Source of the DNA: Botryllus schlosseri
Lineage: Eukaryota
NCBI GenBank assembly: GCA_051294905.1
Contig: CM119371.1
Span: 23,438,001-23,502,000 of the forward strand
Reading direction: 5' to 3'
DNA: 64,000 bases
The notes beneath the pieces are model-generated. The model was not told the DNA's origin. It was given only the letters and a program-made list of their open reading frames with translations, and made no database searches. This document shows, piece by piece, positions 12,150 to 25,832 of this stretch. The position numbers were made by a program, and so were the translations under genes. The first letter of the stretch is position 1. Each line of letters starts with the position of its first letter.

Positions 12150-13288
12150 AAATGTCATTTCTAGCAAAGACTAGGCTACATCTGCGAAATGAAGTTGGGG
12201 AAATCAAAATGCCAGCTCGTCCCACAACAATGGTGATAGATATGCAAAACGCTTCAAACGCCAATCCGAGAAATGGAAGTCACGGTACAGGCAAAACTGT
12301 ATTTGGTCGCGACGTTGAAGAAATCTCTCATGTCCAATTTCACGATCCCTTGAAGGACGAAGTTCCCAGACATGTTATGATTCTCGGAGAAGCGGGGGCG
12401 GGAAAATCAACCATTTCAGCAATGTATTGTTTGGCTGTAGCCGATGGAAATGTTGAGACGCTTCGTAGTGTACAACTTGTTCATTACGTCCAGGCAGCCC
12501 ACCTTCATAACCATAGTACCGCAAATGCATTTGATCTCTTATTCGCCGAACAAATGACTTGTGATCCTATGACTGAGCTGACTGAAAACGAGAGACGTGC
12601 TGGAGCAAAGTGGTTAAATGAGAATTCGGACAAACTATTATTGACAATTGACGGCCTTGATCAGTGCTTGGATAACTTTGCTGTGAATAATCTACCGAAA
12701 ACCGGTCAACAAAATAGTTCAAGAGTCAGTAAAACAATTGCTAGAATCATGGGCGGTAACATATGGCGTGGTGCATACATATTGACTACGTCGCGGTGGA
12801 ATATTTACTGGAACTTTACTGCCGAACAGAAACCCAACAAAGTAATCGGCTTGAGAGGACTCGACGACGAAAATCTAAGATTGGCGGCATCCGGACACTC
12901 TGTTAATGGTGATCTGATGATAGATCAACTCGTAAATACTTCGCTGAAATTATTGAATTTGTGTAGAAATCCCATGTTTCTTAAGTACATGACGAATGTA
13001 TTCCAAACCAATTCAGAAACCTTGCCTGATTGCATTTCTGACCTCATGTCAGCATTTTTTCGTAATCTCTTTCGCTTGTCCTCTGAAAAGTATGGTAATA
13101 TCACGAGACTCGCCTACCATGGAATGTTGGAAAATTTATTCGTTTTCTCCCGCTGTTACTTGGAAAACTTGGGAATCAATCCAAAAGACCTGAATGACTT
13201 CTTGTCTGCTGGAGCAAATCCGGAAAAAGATCAAGATATCGCCAATTCCTATGACGATATTTTTGCGTTCTCCCATCAGACGATGCAG
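12150..13288 (+). CDS. NLR gene: large NACHT NTPase exon
   Basis: Walker A HVMILGEAGAGKST, Walker B LLLTIDGLDQ, sensor-1 ILTTSR, LCRNPMFL motif; ends FSHQTMQ at a GT donor; TTTTTTAG acceptor at 12149. Confidence 0.95.
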
Positions 13289-14473
13289 GTCAGCGACGTT
13301 TATGTAACCAAAATGTCCCAATTCGATAATTGCAAAGCTACCCGTTCCAAACACTATGCACTTGGTATCAAATAACCTAGGGTAGGCATTTCTGGAACAT
13401 CGTTGTGTTGCCATCATGGAGATTGACCCAGCAAGAAGATGACCACGAAATTGTCCGATGTGTTTGGTTAAATTAATATTAATCACCCCTCTGTACACAT
13501 ATTGATGTGTCTTCTGAAAGCAGTAGAAACCAACATCACTGTACATGTTTACAACAATTCAGTTTCAGAATACATTGAAAATTTAGAATTGGATTGATAT
13601 TTAGAGATTTCGGAATCAGTGCGACAGTTACATTCGATTATTATCTGTTATTCTTATTTATTTACGAATAATTCCACTATCAATAGTGAGGCTTGGCACG
13701 TCTGCGCCTTATACCTCTCGTCTCTTGTGCGTCACTTGCCATCACTGACCCTACGTCCCTGAACTATCATACCTTGCAGTGGGTATATATTGTTGTGGTG
13801 ACCATGTTTGACTCCACCTGCTCATGGGATCATGCATTCCCTCATTAAAAACGAGCATCACAACGAACCGATGTTCTCGTATAAGTGATGAAAGTCTCAA
13901 ATTTTGTATGAAGCCTTTAACCGCTCCATTATCAACCAAGACAACAAAGATATCAGTAATACCAAAACAAGTATTAACTGCAAAAAAAAACGTGTCGATT
14001 GTAGATTCACAATTTTGCTCTTATCTACGTCTGTTGGAAATGTTCATTGTCTTGAGTTCCGAAAATTATCATATTACTCTCACTCTAATACGGTTAAAAG
14101 ATGTCACCTGCAAAAAATTTATTCAACTCAAGTATCGAATGTTCAAATACGGCATCCAGCATGATTAGAACGAGTGTTTACAGTGAAAATGTGTCGCAGA
14201 CAACTAATCCCATGTAGATAGTTCGAATGAGTGACACAATGACGTCACGGATTTTCAATTGTGACGTAACATTGTATTTACATGTATGGCTCTTTGGGAG
14301 TTAAAATGGTAAAATAGAGCCAATATTGCAGTTCGGGCGAAAAAGATTCCCGACCCCTGCATAGTGAAATACTGTTGATTGGAAAGTTTCACTTTTCCCT
14401 CATGTTTCGAAATTGGACGTATTGACCAATAATATACTTTCATTCTACGCGTATTTCTTGAACATGTGTTCAG

Positions 14474-14636
14474 GAATTTTGCTGCGCACTGCATGTAGCC
14501 AGTCTCGACCGATCGAATATGAAGAGATTAATTTCGAATGATCTAAATGAGAATAGATTGGAGTTGACTAGACAACTTTTTTACGGATTGATTCTCAATG
14601 ATAAAGTCACTAATTCAATGAGGAAGTTCCTGACGG
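14474..14636 (+). CDS. NLR gene: WH/HD2 exon (EFCCALHVASLD...LFYGLILND)
   Basis: Splicing gives FSHQTMQ|EFCCALHV, the canonical NLR FxHxxxQEFxAA motif; CAG and GTAAG sites. Confidence 0.9.
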
Positions 14637-15273
14637 GTAAGTGTGTGTATCCGCGTAATCCGAATGAACTTATATTCTTGCACATATTTCACCGTGTTTT
14701 CGCCCTGGTAGAAGTGACGGTAGAATGCACCACTCACCTCCCCATGTTTCCAGAAAGGGGGACAGTAAGATGCAATACTGTTTCGGTACGAAGATGAGAC
14801 CGTAACTATTATTATGACCGACATTTTGCTCCCACGAATTCCAGATTAATCGAGTCTAAGCAAAATATTATAGAGTGGTGACACCGCAAATACAAAATAC
14901 GTCGTACCTAAACTGTCTTAACTATAGGATAATAGCAGAAATTATATTAGGATAATTTCGTATACATAAACCGCCCTCTGTGGGATACTCGGTCGAAGTT
15001 GAGTATTTGCGTAGCTATGTTATATGCATTTAACTTATTTGTTTGAAAGGGAAGAATCCGATCTCATAATGGAAAATAGTCACGTTTCACAGTAGCCTAC
15101 TTGTTTGTATGATATATTAGATGGTAAAGTATTCCACCATCAGCCATGTAATTAATGTTAACGTCGTATAGATATGTTTGCGTGTAGAATTCGAACAGCG
15201 TTGCGTTTTAAAATGCATTAAATGGTTTCCCTACATCAATATTAATACTTTCATGGCCTTGTATGACTGGCAG

Positions 15274-15593
15274 GTCTCAAATCCCCAATCATGGATTGTC
15301 GCGAGATGTTGTTCGAAGAACTTCATAACATGGTAACCCATGGTACTATACGGGATATTTCAACTGTTCGTCTCCTGAACGAGTGCGGAGACGACACCAT
15401 TCAAAAAATGAAGCAACACGTTCAACGAGTTACAATCAATTCAGAAGACCTGCTTCACACTGACCAAATTTTACTAATAACAATGATAAAACGACTATCT
15501 CCCCTTAGAACGACGTTCATAGAGCGAATCGATCTTGATCCATCGATGATATTGTATGTGAAAGATTGTCTCGAATCTGCTGATATTTTTGAG
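15274..15593 (+). CDS. NLR gene: HD2/early LRR exon
   Basis: Phase-1 CAG acceptor in frame with ORF 15291; LLNECGD motif; GTATGT donor. Confidence 0.8.
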
Positions 15594-15704
15594 GTATGTG
15601 AAATTCGATCGAATCAAGTTTTCGAAGTTAAATTTATATTTTATCCTCCAAAATTGTTTTTTTTATGTTATATTGCATTTAATAAGCTTATATTTTGTCA
15701 AAAG

Positions 15705-15854
15705 GCCGGATACGAGATTATGGATTCCGTGAAACAAATGCATTTCTCTGATGTGATGACAATCCTAAACCAGTCGAAATTATGGTACGTCCGCCTTCGA
15801 TGTGATGATGATGTCAAACTTTTATTTCTCTCTGATTGGATAAAAAGATCTCAG
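15705..15854 (+). CDS. NLR gene: 150-nt phase-0 exon
   Basis: AAAG acceptor after a T-rich tract, GTATTC donor, same frame. Confidence 0.65.
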
Positions 15855-16419
15855 GTATTCCATTTTAAAATATTTGTTGTCAGATGTAGATAGGGCCTTC
15901 GGCAAAGGACTATACTATGAATCTCCAAATGCTGATATTTGGTTCGGCAGTTATGAATGAAATGAGATTGTTTCCGAATATGGGTTACTCACGGATCCCT
16001 GAATCGTTTAAATTTGCAATTGATTTCACAAAACCAAACACTTAACAGCAATGTATGACCTAAGCACGCGGACTATTGGTATCGCTAGGTTCAGGACTTC
16101 CACATTTATTTTGGGCAGTGACTCAACTTTATCCACTAATCCAGTAACTCATGACAATCTTGTAGTTTGGTATTTTTACTAAATTGTCGAATGCCTACAC
16201 CCTCTCCCTCCTTCTATACTTTTATATATTGTCGTACTAACTTTTCCGCACGTGTCAAGCATCGACTATAGTGTCCTACTCAAGAAAGTTAACCTAGACA
16301 ACCACAATATAAAAAGTATGAAAATATCGTTTTCATACGACAGGAATCCATATTTTGAGAACCAATATGATATAGTCCTAGAATCTGGATGATTTAAACA
16401 TTATCTTCATCTAATTCAG

Positions 16420-16593
16420 ATTCACCTGTATAACCTTGGCTTGTTAAGAATAACGCAAATTGACACTTTGAAATGTTTGTTCAAATTTCTGTCGATACAC
16501 TCATTACGAAATCTGCGTTTGAACATAAGTTCTGGCATAATTGGATCACAATTCAAAGATGTTGTTACGTCTCGTGGACCGATAACAAGGAAG
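16420..16593 (+). CDS. NLR gene: 174-nt phase-0 LRR-like exon (IHLYNLGLL...LRNLRLNIS)
   Basis: TTCAG acceptor, GTGAGA donor, LxxLxL motifs. Confidence 0.8.
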
Positions 16594-17104
16594 GTGAGAA
16601 CTTTGAATATTCAATGTTACTACTAAATTGCACCATGTAGTCTGTTTTTGTGTTTGCTAGTGGAGAAATACCAAGTTTGAATCGTCTGCGACTTTTAGTT
16701 TAGTAAACATGGGAGACTTCAATATTTCTTCACTATACAGCAGACAGTAGGTCACGAAATATTGACATGCAACGAAGTAACTAATTCAACAGGCCCGCAC
16801 GAATATGTTTATTATTTGTTACGTGCCCCTAATCTTCTAAGATGACAGCTCTCCCACAAAATCTGACAATTCTGATGAGAGGATACAAAATTTATAGCAA
16901 TATAGGCTACATGCAATTTCCAATATTATTTACCGATTCAGCCATGAATGATCGAAAATTCTCGCGATTGACGTGATTAGGCTATATAAACTCTCTGCTT
17001 ACACTGAGTAGAATGAATGTGCTCACACGTACTGGTTAAAACCCCATCCAACTGTGAGGTCTAGTGGCGACCCCCCCCCCCCCGCAGTTTGGCCCTGTGG
17101 GGCC

Positions 17105-17601
17105 CGGATTTTGTGGATGACCGGTATAGCTGTTAGCCAGATGTTTCGTGCGGCGCATTGTATTTGTAGTACCCAGCGTAGCCTATGCCGGTGGTAGTGA
17201 GCAATGAGCAAGGTAACACGATAAGGTGTTTGGTGCGACTATGAAACGCTTCTTCTCGCGATATTGTCAAAGAGAAGAATATTATTATTGGTCGGTTAAA
17301 TCCACAGCCTTCGGCTCGAAATACTGTAAACGGCTCTTGGCGGTAGCACGTTTATCTGGACACGGCAATTATAGGTCGACGCAGCAGACTAACTATACCG
17401 TAAAATCACATGGATGCGATTACGAACATAATTAATAACGGTCAAAACCCTTCTAATGTCACTCTCTAGCACCATATACTTGCAAAACACGGTTGCATAC
17501 ATTACATTTTGGGTTGATTTCAATTTTTAAGGCCCACCCGTCCGCCAAGTATCTCGTGAAAATTTACCGGTCAGCGAGGTGAAAAAAGTTGAGAACCACT
17601 G
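17105..17601 (-). mobile_element. Partial inverted copy of the hAT family at 17684-19520
   Basis: Ends GTTGAGAACCACTG; reverse complement matches 17684-17821 plus 18883-19235. Confidence 0.7.
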
Positions 17602-17821
17602 CTCGCGGGATCATCGTTTGCAAGCCTCATATAGATCATTTGTCCCCGCTAGCTCACACAGCACTAGATGTAGTGGCCTATAACAGTGGTTCTCAACCTT
17701 TTTCATCTCGCGGACCGGTAAAATTTCACAAGATTCTTGGCGGACCGGCGGGCCTTACAAAATTGAAATCAACCCAAAATGTAATGTATGCAGCCGTTTT
17801 TCTGCAAGTATGGTACTAGAG

Positions 17822-18882
17822 CAGGGGCGGCAAACCGTTCTCCATTGACGGCCGCGTTTCGATCACTCATATGTCCTACGGCCGCATTCCAGAACATAGT
17901 CGTAATGAACTAACTGGACGCGAAACGCCCATGTTAAACTGACCATGTCCATTTCTGGTGAATTCCGGGCTGATCCACTTTTTGATATCGCCTTACTAAA
18001 CGCACCGAAATCGCTACTTAGTGGTCATGTTATGACTTATTACTCGGAACGGTAACGGTCGCGCGACGGAAAGGAAAGGACGCGAAAAACTTTTCCGATT
18101 CACGAATGAAATTCGTCATTTCGTAGCTTCTTATATTACTATCAAATATTTATCCTTTCTCAGCCAATGCGATCAGATTCATCGGTAGAGTGGATGGAGG
18201 GAGTTCTTTCGAAAATTTAGGGCGAGTTCAAGTTATAAATGATGATGAATCTTCGGGTGGGCCAATTGTTATTATAGTCACTTTGTTGCGTGTTGTTTTT
18301 CTTAACGTCCCATTAGGATTGTCGGAATAGTGAAAAGATATTGGCATCTCCCAAACGTACCAGAAACAAATTTCTTTCGTGAGGAGCGCACGATTCCTAG
18401 TTCTTATTTCGATATGCGGTGCATGATTTCCTCCGCTGATTGCATCTGTACTGTGCGGCTCAGATTTCAAAGGGCGCTACGACCAATGTTCCCTCTAAGC
18501 TGCACACGTGCGCAAATGCGCAGTGCTGACACGGTCTCTGCGCACAGAAAATGCCAGTTGCGCACAACAAATCCGAAATGATGACCTTTTTTTAGTCGTT
18601 ACGCACTGTTGTCCAAGGGTCTGCGCAGTGAGTTGGTGAGTGTGCGCAGACTCGTCATAAATTAGAGGGAACATTGGCTACGACTATATTAAAATCGAGA
18701 AATGAAGTCTCACTGAAACCCGTCTAGCGAGAAAAAAATTTCAAGAATGATCAGAATATATCAAAAATTAGATAGTCAAGTCAGTTCAATTTTCTTGTCG
18801 ACTGCCGCCAACACATACTAATTGAATTACGTGTCCACGGCCGTACAAATTTCCTTCTACGACCTCAGGTTGGCCACCCCTG
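17822..18882. mobile_element. hAT MITE nested in 17684-19520
   Basis: TIR CAGGGGCGGCAAACC...GGTTGGCCACCCCTG; TSD TACTAGAG/TACTAAAG. Confidence 0.8.
18484..18676. mobile_element. hAT MITE (third nesting level)
   Basis: TIR CAATGTTCCCTCTAA; perfect TSD GCTACGAC. Confidence 0.85.
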
Positions 18883-19955
18883 TACTAAAGAGTGACATTT
18901 TGAGGGTTTTGTTCGTAATTAAATATGTTTAAGATGGTATTCATGTAATTTTACGGTATGATGTCTGCTGAGTGCTGAGTCGAGGTGAAATTGACTTGCC
19001 CAGATAAACATATAGGCTAATTTCGCGCCAAAGACCGTGGATTAACCGACTGCGTCAACTCGATTAATATTCTTCTCTTCGACAATATCCAAAGACGAAG
19101 CGTTTTCGAGTATTACCAAGCCCCTTGTCGATATATGTTGCTCATTTCCCACTACTAGCAGTCGTAGCCTACGAGTACAATGCGCCGCACGAAAACACCT
19201 GACAACAGCGATACCTGGCCATCCACAAAATTACGGAATCGAAAACGAATGATCGTACGAATTGTGCGGTTTAGCGAGTCAGCTGACACTTAGAGAGCCG
19301 CTCGCATGTCGTCACCGGAGACATGTTTCCGTGCCTAATCTTACCTCACGAAGTTCTGGATCAGTTTAAAATTTGACGTTTTATATATTTTACCGATGAA
19401 CAAGCCTTCAACATCTTGAATATTGACATTATGGTTTAAAATCCCAATATAACTCTCGGACCGGCAGGAAAGTCATCGCGGACCGTCACCGGTCCGTGGA
19501 CCGGTGGTTGAGAACCACTGGTCTATAATTCATCTAATAACCATACCGATCACCCATAAAACTATTAAATGTCGCCACCATTTGTTATCGGAATTTATAT
19601 GACAACAACATTGTAGGTAATTATCGAACGAGCGATAAATCAAAATATAATAATATTCACACGACAACGGCACCATAAGTTGAGACATGAAGCACTTTAT
19701 CTCGGGCATGATGAAAAATGTCAAAATTTTATCAATATTCATATGTGGCCAAGTGTATTGGAATCATTTACCTAACTTCTGTGTTCGTTCATTATGAAAT
19801 ATTCATGCCTCGATCTCTTTCTATAGCCTCAACTCTATTCTCCTGACTCTACGATATGCTGTATATTACTACCTATAGTAGTTGATATCCTATGTTGTAC
19901 CCCGCTTCCACTCCAACGCCATTACAATGTCAATACTATGAAACACTTCTTTTAG

Positions 19956-20123
19956 GTTGACCAAATGGCGATTGAAGATAAATCAATGACGTATGAAAAA
20001 GTTGAAGCTTATTTAGGTATTTTCCGGCGCTGCAAATTCACGAGTCTGGGTCTGGCTAATTGTGATCTCACACACAAAGATGTTGACATGATTTTACAAT
20101 TTTGTCGCGGTCACGGTATTAAG
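19956..20123 (+). CDS. NLR gene: 168-nt phase-0 LRR exon (..FTSLGLANCDLTHKDV..)
   Basis: TTTTAG acceptor, GTAAGG donor, ribonuclease-inhibitor-like LxLxNCxL motif. Confidence 0.85.
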
Positions 20124-21547
20124 GTAAGGACTCTGCTTATATTGAACTTTTATATGCTATAATATAGTGCTCATTTTGGAACAGAGAAAATTCATGAATA
20201 TATTAGATACATTTGTAAATCCGAAAGCTGAAATATCCGACGTGTTAAAATTGTCAAAATCGTTCAACTGATTAATTAATGTGGCGTATGGTATATTTTG
20301 AAATAATATAACTGCTGTCAGGTGGCGGGATTCTAATTATTCAGCCGTAATCTATCGTAAAGATATTTTTCTGGAAATAAACTGCGCGGCAGGACATCGT
20401 TTCGTAAAAATAAATTTGAGGCAAGGCCACAACAACATTAAAACGGCGATACATCTTAGCAGGTAATTGTGAAATTTAATTTATATGAACAGGTTTTCTC
20501 ACTCGAGGACTTGCTAACATCTGCTTTATTCGTCATCATATTTTTAAAAACCAAACTATCTAACAACATATTCAATTAGTTTTAGATTAAAATTGTTGTA
20601 TGAATATATTGTAACCCCAGGTTGCAACGAGTAGTGTGAGCGGGCTATGGCATATCATTGCTAACAAACACACTAAAAAGCAGCAGTCGTCCCGTAACTT
20701 CTATTCATTATGAAACCATTCCATATCAAGAAACACAATCACAAAAAAAAAATTGCTAATATTATACTAAATAACACAAATTGTAATTTTCACGTGCTAG
20801 CTTGACCGTATAGCAGATTAACACAATTTAAAGCTGCTACACTGGAACTTGGCCGTAGCAAATTTTGAAAAAAGCGTGAGCTACTTGGATCTTATAAATA
20901 CTCTGACATTATTCGAGTGCAACAAATATTCCGGAAACACCTGACAGTAGACATAAACAATCACCGTTTACTGTAACATAGCACTTTTTGTGCACTGGTA
21001 ACCAGTAAACTTCTACGAAAGGCTTAATGCACGCTATGCTGATCGTGCTAAATGTGTTTGTGACTTCGGTATTGGTGATCCAGAATCGAAAATGAGTTTT
21101 TTATAGCCAACAGGCCATTAAATTAGCAACGCATCGCTTACAGTCCAAACAGTGAACTGCATGGTAACCATTATCGTGGTGTTCCGCCTTGAAAGGCTAC
21201 AATGTATATGCCGTGCCATTGGTTTGGGAAGTGTGCCTGCTCCCCACCAGAAACCCCTTAATTTTTACAACTGGCGAGTTATCCACCGGCTAAGAACCAT
21301 TGATCTAGAGCTAATTAGCAATTTTAATTATCCTTTTTGGATTCATCGTAAAAAAATTGATAAAATTGATTCCGATACACTGCCGAACCAATATATGCAT
21401 CGCCTAAATATTTCCTTATATATTTCGTTCGAAGATTTTTATCGTATCCGTCAATTATTTCAGTCGACTCGAAATTAATGTCAGAAATTGCAGCGAGCAA
21501 TTATGTGTTCTCGTATATCACTATTGGGAAGTTTCATTATCATTCAG

Positions 21548-21715
21548 CTATCCGATCTGGTGATCTTCGATGGTACAATGATATCAGATGTCTACTGTGA
21601 CGTCGCGGATATTATCAGTATAACAGGATGTTCAAACGTAGATTTCAGAAACTGCGATTTGACGAAACAAAAGTTGGAACGTTTCACGTCAGCGTGCAAG
21701 AAAAAACAAATTTCT
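21548..21715 (+). CDS. NLR gene: 168-nt LRR exon A1
   Basis: CATTCAG/GTAAGT sites; LSDLVIFDGTM...VDFRNCDLT. Confidence 0.85.
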
Positions 21716-23599
21716 GTAAGTATGAAAATTTGCTGAAAGAATTACACAAATCATGACATGAAAATGCAGCTCAAATTTAGCAGTTGCATTCCTTTTGTCT
21801 GGGTATCAGTCTCCATTGTGCTACTATCTTCTGAAAGTTCTACTGTACCTGATAAATTTATTCCCTGTGTCAATTCAACTTGAGGATACTATACTAATCT
21901 CCATTTCCTATTTCCGAGATAATGTAACTCGATGAATGCAATGTAAATCCCCTGACGACTCTGTGTAAAGCACTGGGACTGTACATTGGGATGAACTTGC
22001 CAATTAGTTCGAACTACTTGGTGTCTCATATGAACGGCCGTATTCGATTCTATCATACGACGAACCCTCGGATTGGGCACATTGCACACTTTTTCTTATA
22101 AATAGGTGTTTACCGACCGTGTGTCGCAACGAGACTCACAGATTACAAGTAGGCTAAAACCTGAAGTGGAATGGAAGATATGTCGACACGAAGTCCCATC
22201 AATTGGATAATCTATTCATCCCAAAACAGTAATTTCCACATTATTTTTCTGCTATAATTTCGACAGATCATTATGGATTACCATTCTTAGATTCACGTGT
22301 CTAGTAACTGACCTAATTACAAATCGACGAATCTTATGATATCAGATTGCCTTGTTCAAGCACTGCGGCTGTCAATCATATGCTGAAATTTTGTCACTTC
22401 GTTTTGTCGACAAAATGACTGTCCACAACGTCAACAAAATGAATAAGTGAACGACTCTTGGACTCTTGTAATGCTTTTGATTACTACAACCAAATCCCGC
22501 AGGTCAGGAACAGTTATAAAATGTTGTTGACCTTGTTGCAAGGCACCGATAATAATTGCGATGATAGTTAGGGCAGACACGTATATCCGACGAGTAACTG
22601 AAAATGACAAAAGTATCGAGTGGCATGGAAATAAGTTCTGAATACGCCGCAACCACCAATAAGTATTGTACACTAAATTGTTAGATTTCCCAGATTAAAG
22701 TCCGATCCCGCAATTTCACTGAAAATGCATATGACGAATAATTGCGGGGGTTGGAAGAATACATGAACAAATTCTCAAACATGATGTTTTTAGTAGTCGT
22801 CATTTATCAGACATTTCTGACATCGGAATGGACAGATAAAATCGACATTATACGTTACTCTTGCTGTCGACGCAAGTAGCCCTAAACAGAAAAAAAAATC
22901 ATCTAGTGTTCTCAAACTTGGCATTTACTTTACTTTGATTTTGATATCTATCTTTAAGGTACTTTATTGTACACGAAACTTACAGATATGAATATAGTTT
23001 TCGCCAATTTGTTGACATATTTGATAGTGCAATTTCAATATCATCGAAAATAGAATTATTTCTTGCTGTCGACGGTGAATATCCCCGCACTAAAAAGCAT
23101 CTATTATTTTAAAGCATAATAGTTACAATACTGTTATCTTGGTATCAATGCGCATTCGACTCACGTAGAACAAACCCAAAAGAATCAAGTCCGATACTGG
23201 ATAATCCAGTATCGAAGTGGAATTGCCATATCCACCTACCACCATAGCACATTACAAAGAATACTAAGTGCATTTGTATCGAATGCGTAAAGAATTGTTT
23301 CAGAGCAGATCTTCACGGATGTACCGTCTCAAATTTGCTATAGTCTAGTAAGGAATGCATTCCCACCTCAAGGAAATGGTTCTATACGGAGCATTGAGTG
23401 GCTAATACACACTCGATAATCTTTCAACCATAGAAAATCACCGACTAAATATTTTTCGCTATATTTTCGTTCGATGATTTGCATGGACTCTCTCGAGTAT
23501 TTTAGGTGACTTCGCGAAATGAATGTCGGACATTCCAGCTAGCAATTATGTCATGGTCTCGAATAATCACTACTGACAAGTTGCATCATTATCATTCAG

Positions 23600-23767
23600 C
23601 TTGCCAAGCTGTTGATATGGGATGGTACGATGACGTCAGATATCTATGGTCAAGTTGCGGATATTATCCGCATCACGGGATGTTCGACGATATTATTTAG
23701 AGAATGCGATTTGAACAAACATAAGTTGCAAAGTTTCATCGGAACCGGCAAGAATGATAAAATTTCT
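23600..23767 (+). CDS. NLR gene: 168-nt LRR exon A2 (not in the ORF track)
   Basis: CATTCAG/GTAAGT sites; LAKLLIWDGTM...ILFRECDLN; paralog of A1 with a similar upstream intron. Confidence 0.85.
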
Positions 23768-23910
23768 GTAAGTTGCAAATTTTGCTGAATGATTTGTTTT
23801 GATATAAATAATTCGTATTATGAAAACAAGTACCAAGAAGTAAATCGCCCTTAAACTGTACACCGTGATTGTAAGTCAATTTGATATGTTGATTATATCT
23901 TATTTCCTAG

Positions 23911-24078
23911 CTCTCGCAGCTTCACATAAGAGATGCCGAAATGCCTGCTGAATGTTACCGCGAAATCGCAACTACACTCAAGTACATCTGTTGCAAACAG
24001 ATATTGTTCGAAAACTGTGAATTGACGAGTCTGAAGCTTTTTGAATTCTACACTGGATGTAAAGACAACGGTCTGTCT
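23911..24078 (+). CDS. NLR gene: 168-nt LRR exon B1
   Basis: TTCCTAG/GTACGT sites; LSQLHIRDAEM...ILFENCELT. Confidence 0.85.
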
Positions 24079-25338
24079 GTACGTTTAGTTAATATACAGA
24101 AAACGTGCATTGCTTGTAACACAGGTGCACGATAAGTTTTCGTTCGGTTTCTTATTTCTACCCGCATATTACGCAATAATACCAATCCCACAACATAATG
24201 CGTTTGATGAGTGATATTGAAAATACTTATTCCGGGGATTGGTAGATCAAAGTGACTTCTATGCTGGAAAAGTAGTCAGAAAACCTTCCAAATGATGAGC
24301 ACACAACACAAATTGACAAAATGAATAACTGAACAACTCGTGGACTATTGCAATGCTTTTGATTGCTGCAAGCAGATCACGCATGTGAGAAACAGTTGGA
24401 AAATGCCCTTTATTGTAACGAACTGATAAGAATTGCGATGATAGTTGGGGGTAGCCCAGTAAATAGGACTGGTAAGTGAAAATTAAATTAGTATCAAGAG
24501 CTATGCAAATCCGTTCTGGATACGTGCCCAACGATAATATAGCTTGCACACTAAATCGTTTGATTTCGTGGTTTAAAATGCGACACAATCATAATTTCAT
24601 TGAATAAGTTAATGACGACAAGAACTGTGGGGTGTAAGAAGAATAAAGCAGCAAAATCGTAGAAATTATGCTTATTTATTTCTCGACCTTTTTGACACTG
24701 GAAAGTACAGATAATCAGAATTGGAATCATTTCGCGCTCTCTACGTCAGTATCCCTGCGAAGAAACGCTTCTACTGTTCTGAAACTTGACTCAGATATCA
24801 GTTTTCATTGTGTGACAGCGTCTTGAAATTCTCCACTATGACTTACCGTTTGAACAGTGTGGTGTTTCATACATTTTCCGCACAATTGATTCCAAGGAAG
24901 TTCTACGAATAACATCATAAGCTGCTGCCGAGATTCGCATAAATACGGGACTGCAGTGTTTTTATTTCATTACGAGCTCGGAAGATGTTGATGAAAATAC
25001 AATTTACTAGAGATGTTGCAACCATTCATTTACGTTTGTGTCCGGCTTGGGAACCGTGAGCTACATGTCCACAGACTAATATTTGAGGTTTTCCCCTGTG
25101 AATATTTTGTATGAAGTACCAGTATTTTCCAATAATCTTAGCAATATTCGTAAACATTCTTGAGATAGTAACTGCACCGCGATGACAGCAAAGGAAGTTT
25201 AACCCAAGTCTAAGAGGTAAATTGAGACGTAATTAATTTTTAACAATTTCGATAAAGTTGCTTGACATATCACACCATAGTAATTCCTAATAATTAAATA
25301 GCTTTCAATACAACATCCATTGTAGGAAAATATTTATC

Positions 25339-25375
25339 AACTCGAAGACTTTTCGGGCCCCTCTTTTCAAGAGTT
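25339..25375 (-). ncRNA. Minimal type I hammerhead ribozyme motif, U3-A8 core variant
   Basis: AACTC-TTGAAAA-GAGGGGCCC-GAAA-AGTCTT-C-GAGTT on the minus strand, in the Penelope 3' UTR. Confidence 0.55.
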
Positions 25376-25832
25376 AACGGCACACTGAAGGGATTTAAAC
25401 AGAATGAAAAGCAAAACCAGAAAGGCGAAGTATGACGCAACAATCAGAAATTACACATCATGAAGTCCGCAAAGTAACAATGGCAACAATAACAAACTTT
25501 GAAGTGTACGGTACTATAGTAACATAGCAATTTGAAACTAAACAATAATAAACACGAATTAGAGCGCACTAACGGGAAATTTGTAAGTTATGCAGAAAAT
25601 CTTTTTGTCTACATAAAATAGGCTTGGTCAATTGGATGATTGTTGATTCTAAGGCTTTCAAATGAACAAGGATCTGCTTCGCGCAATGACAGTAAACATT
25701 TGGTCATTATAGTTTTGAGCACAAGAAGGGTTCTCACTTAAATGTTGGCCAATTGACGAAGCGTATGCTTGGTAATCGTCATAACAGTCGGTTTTTGCGG
25801 CTAATTTGCATTGTCGTGCGAACTCCGTGCGG

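Larger units (their letters stand above)
17684..19520. mobile_element. Non-autonomous hAT-Charlie element with two nested hAT MITEs
   Basis: TIR CAGTGGTTCTCAACC; TSD GCCTATAA/GTCTATAA. Confidence 0.85.

Noticed and set aside
12275..12298. Second P-loop-like motif GSHGTGKT upstream of the real Walker A
   Set aside because: No preceding hydrophobic strand or following helix pattern; probably coincidental. The true Walker A is at 12386-12412
12152..13375. 407-aa ORF as a complete single-exon gene
   Set aside because: Bounded by splice sites; the WH motif is completed only by splicing to 14474, and the tail after 13288 is intron
22431..24588. Similar minus-strand ORFs at 22431, 24259 and 33308 suggesting a gene family
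   Set aside because: They lie in intron DNA co-duplicated with the LRR exons; frames and stops are not conserved
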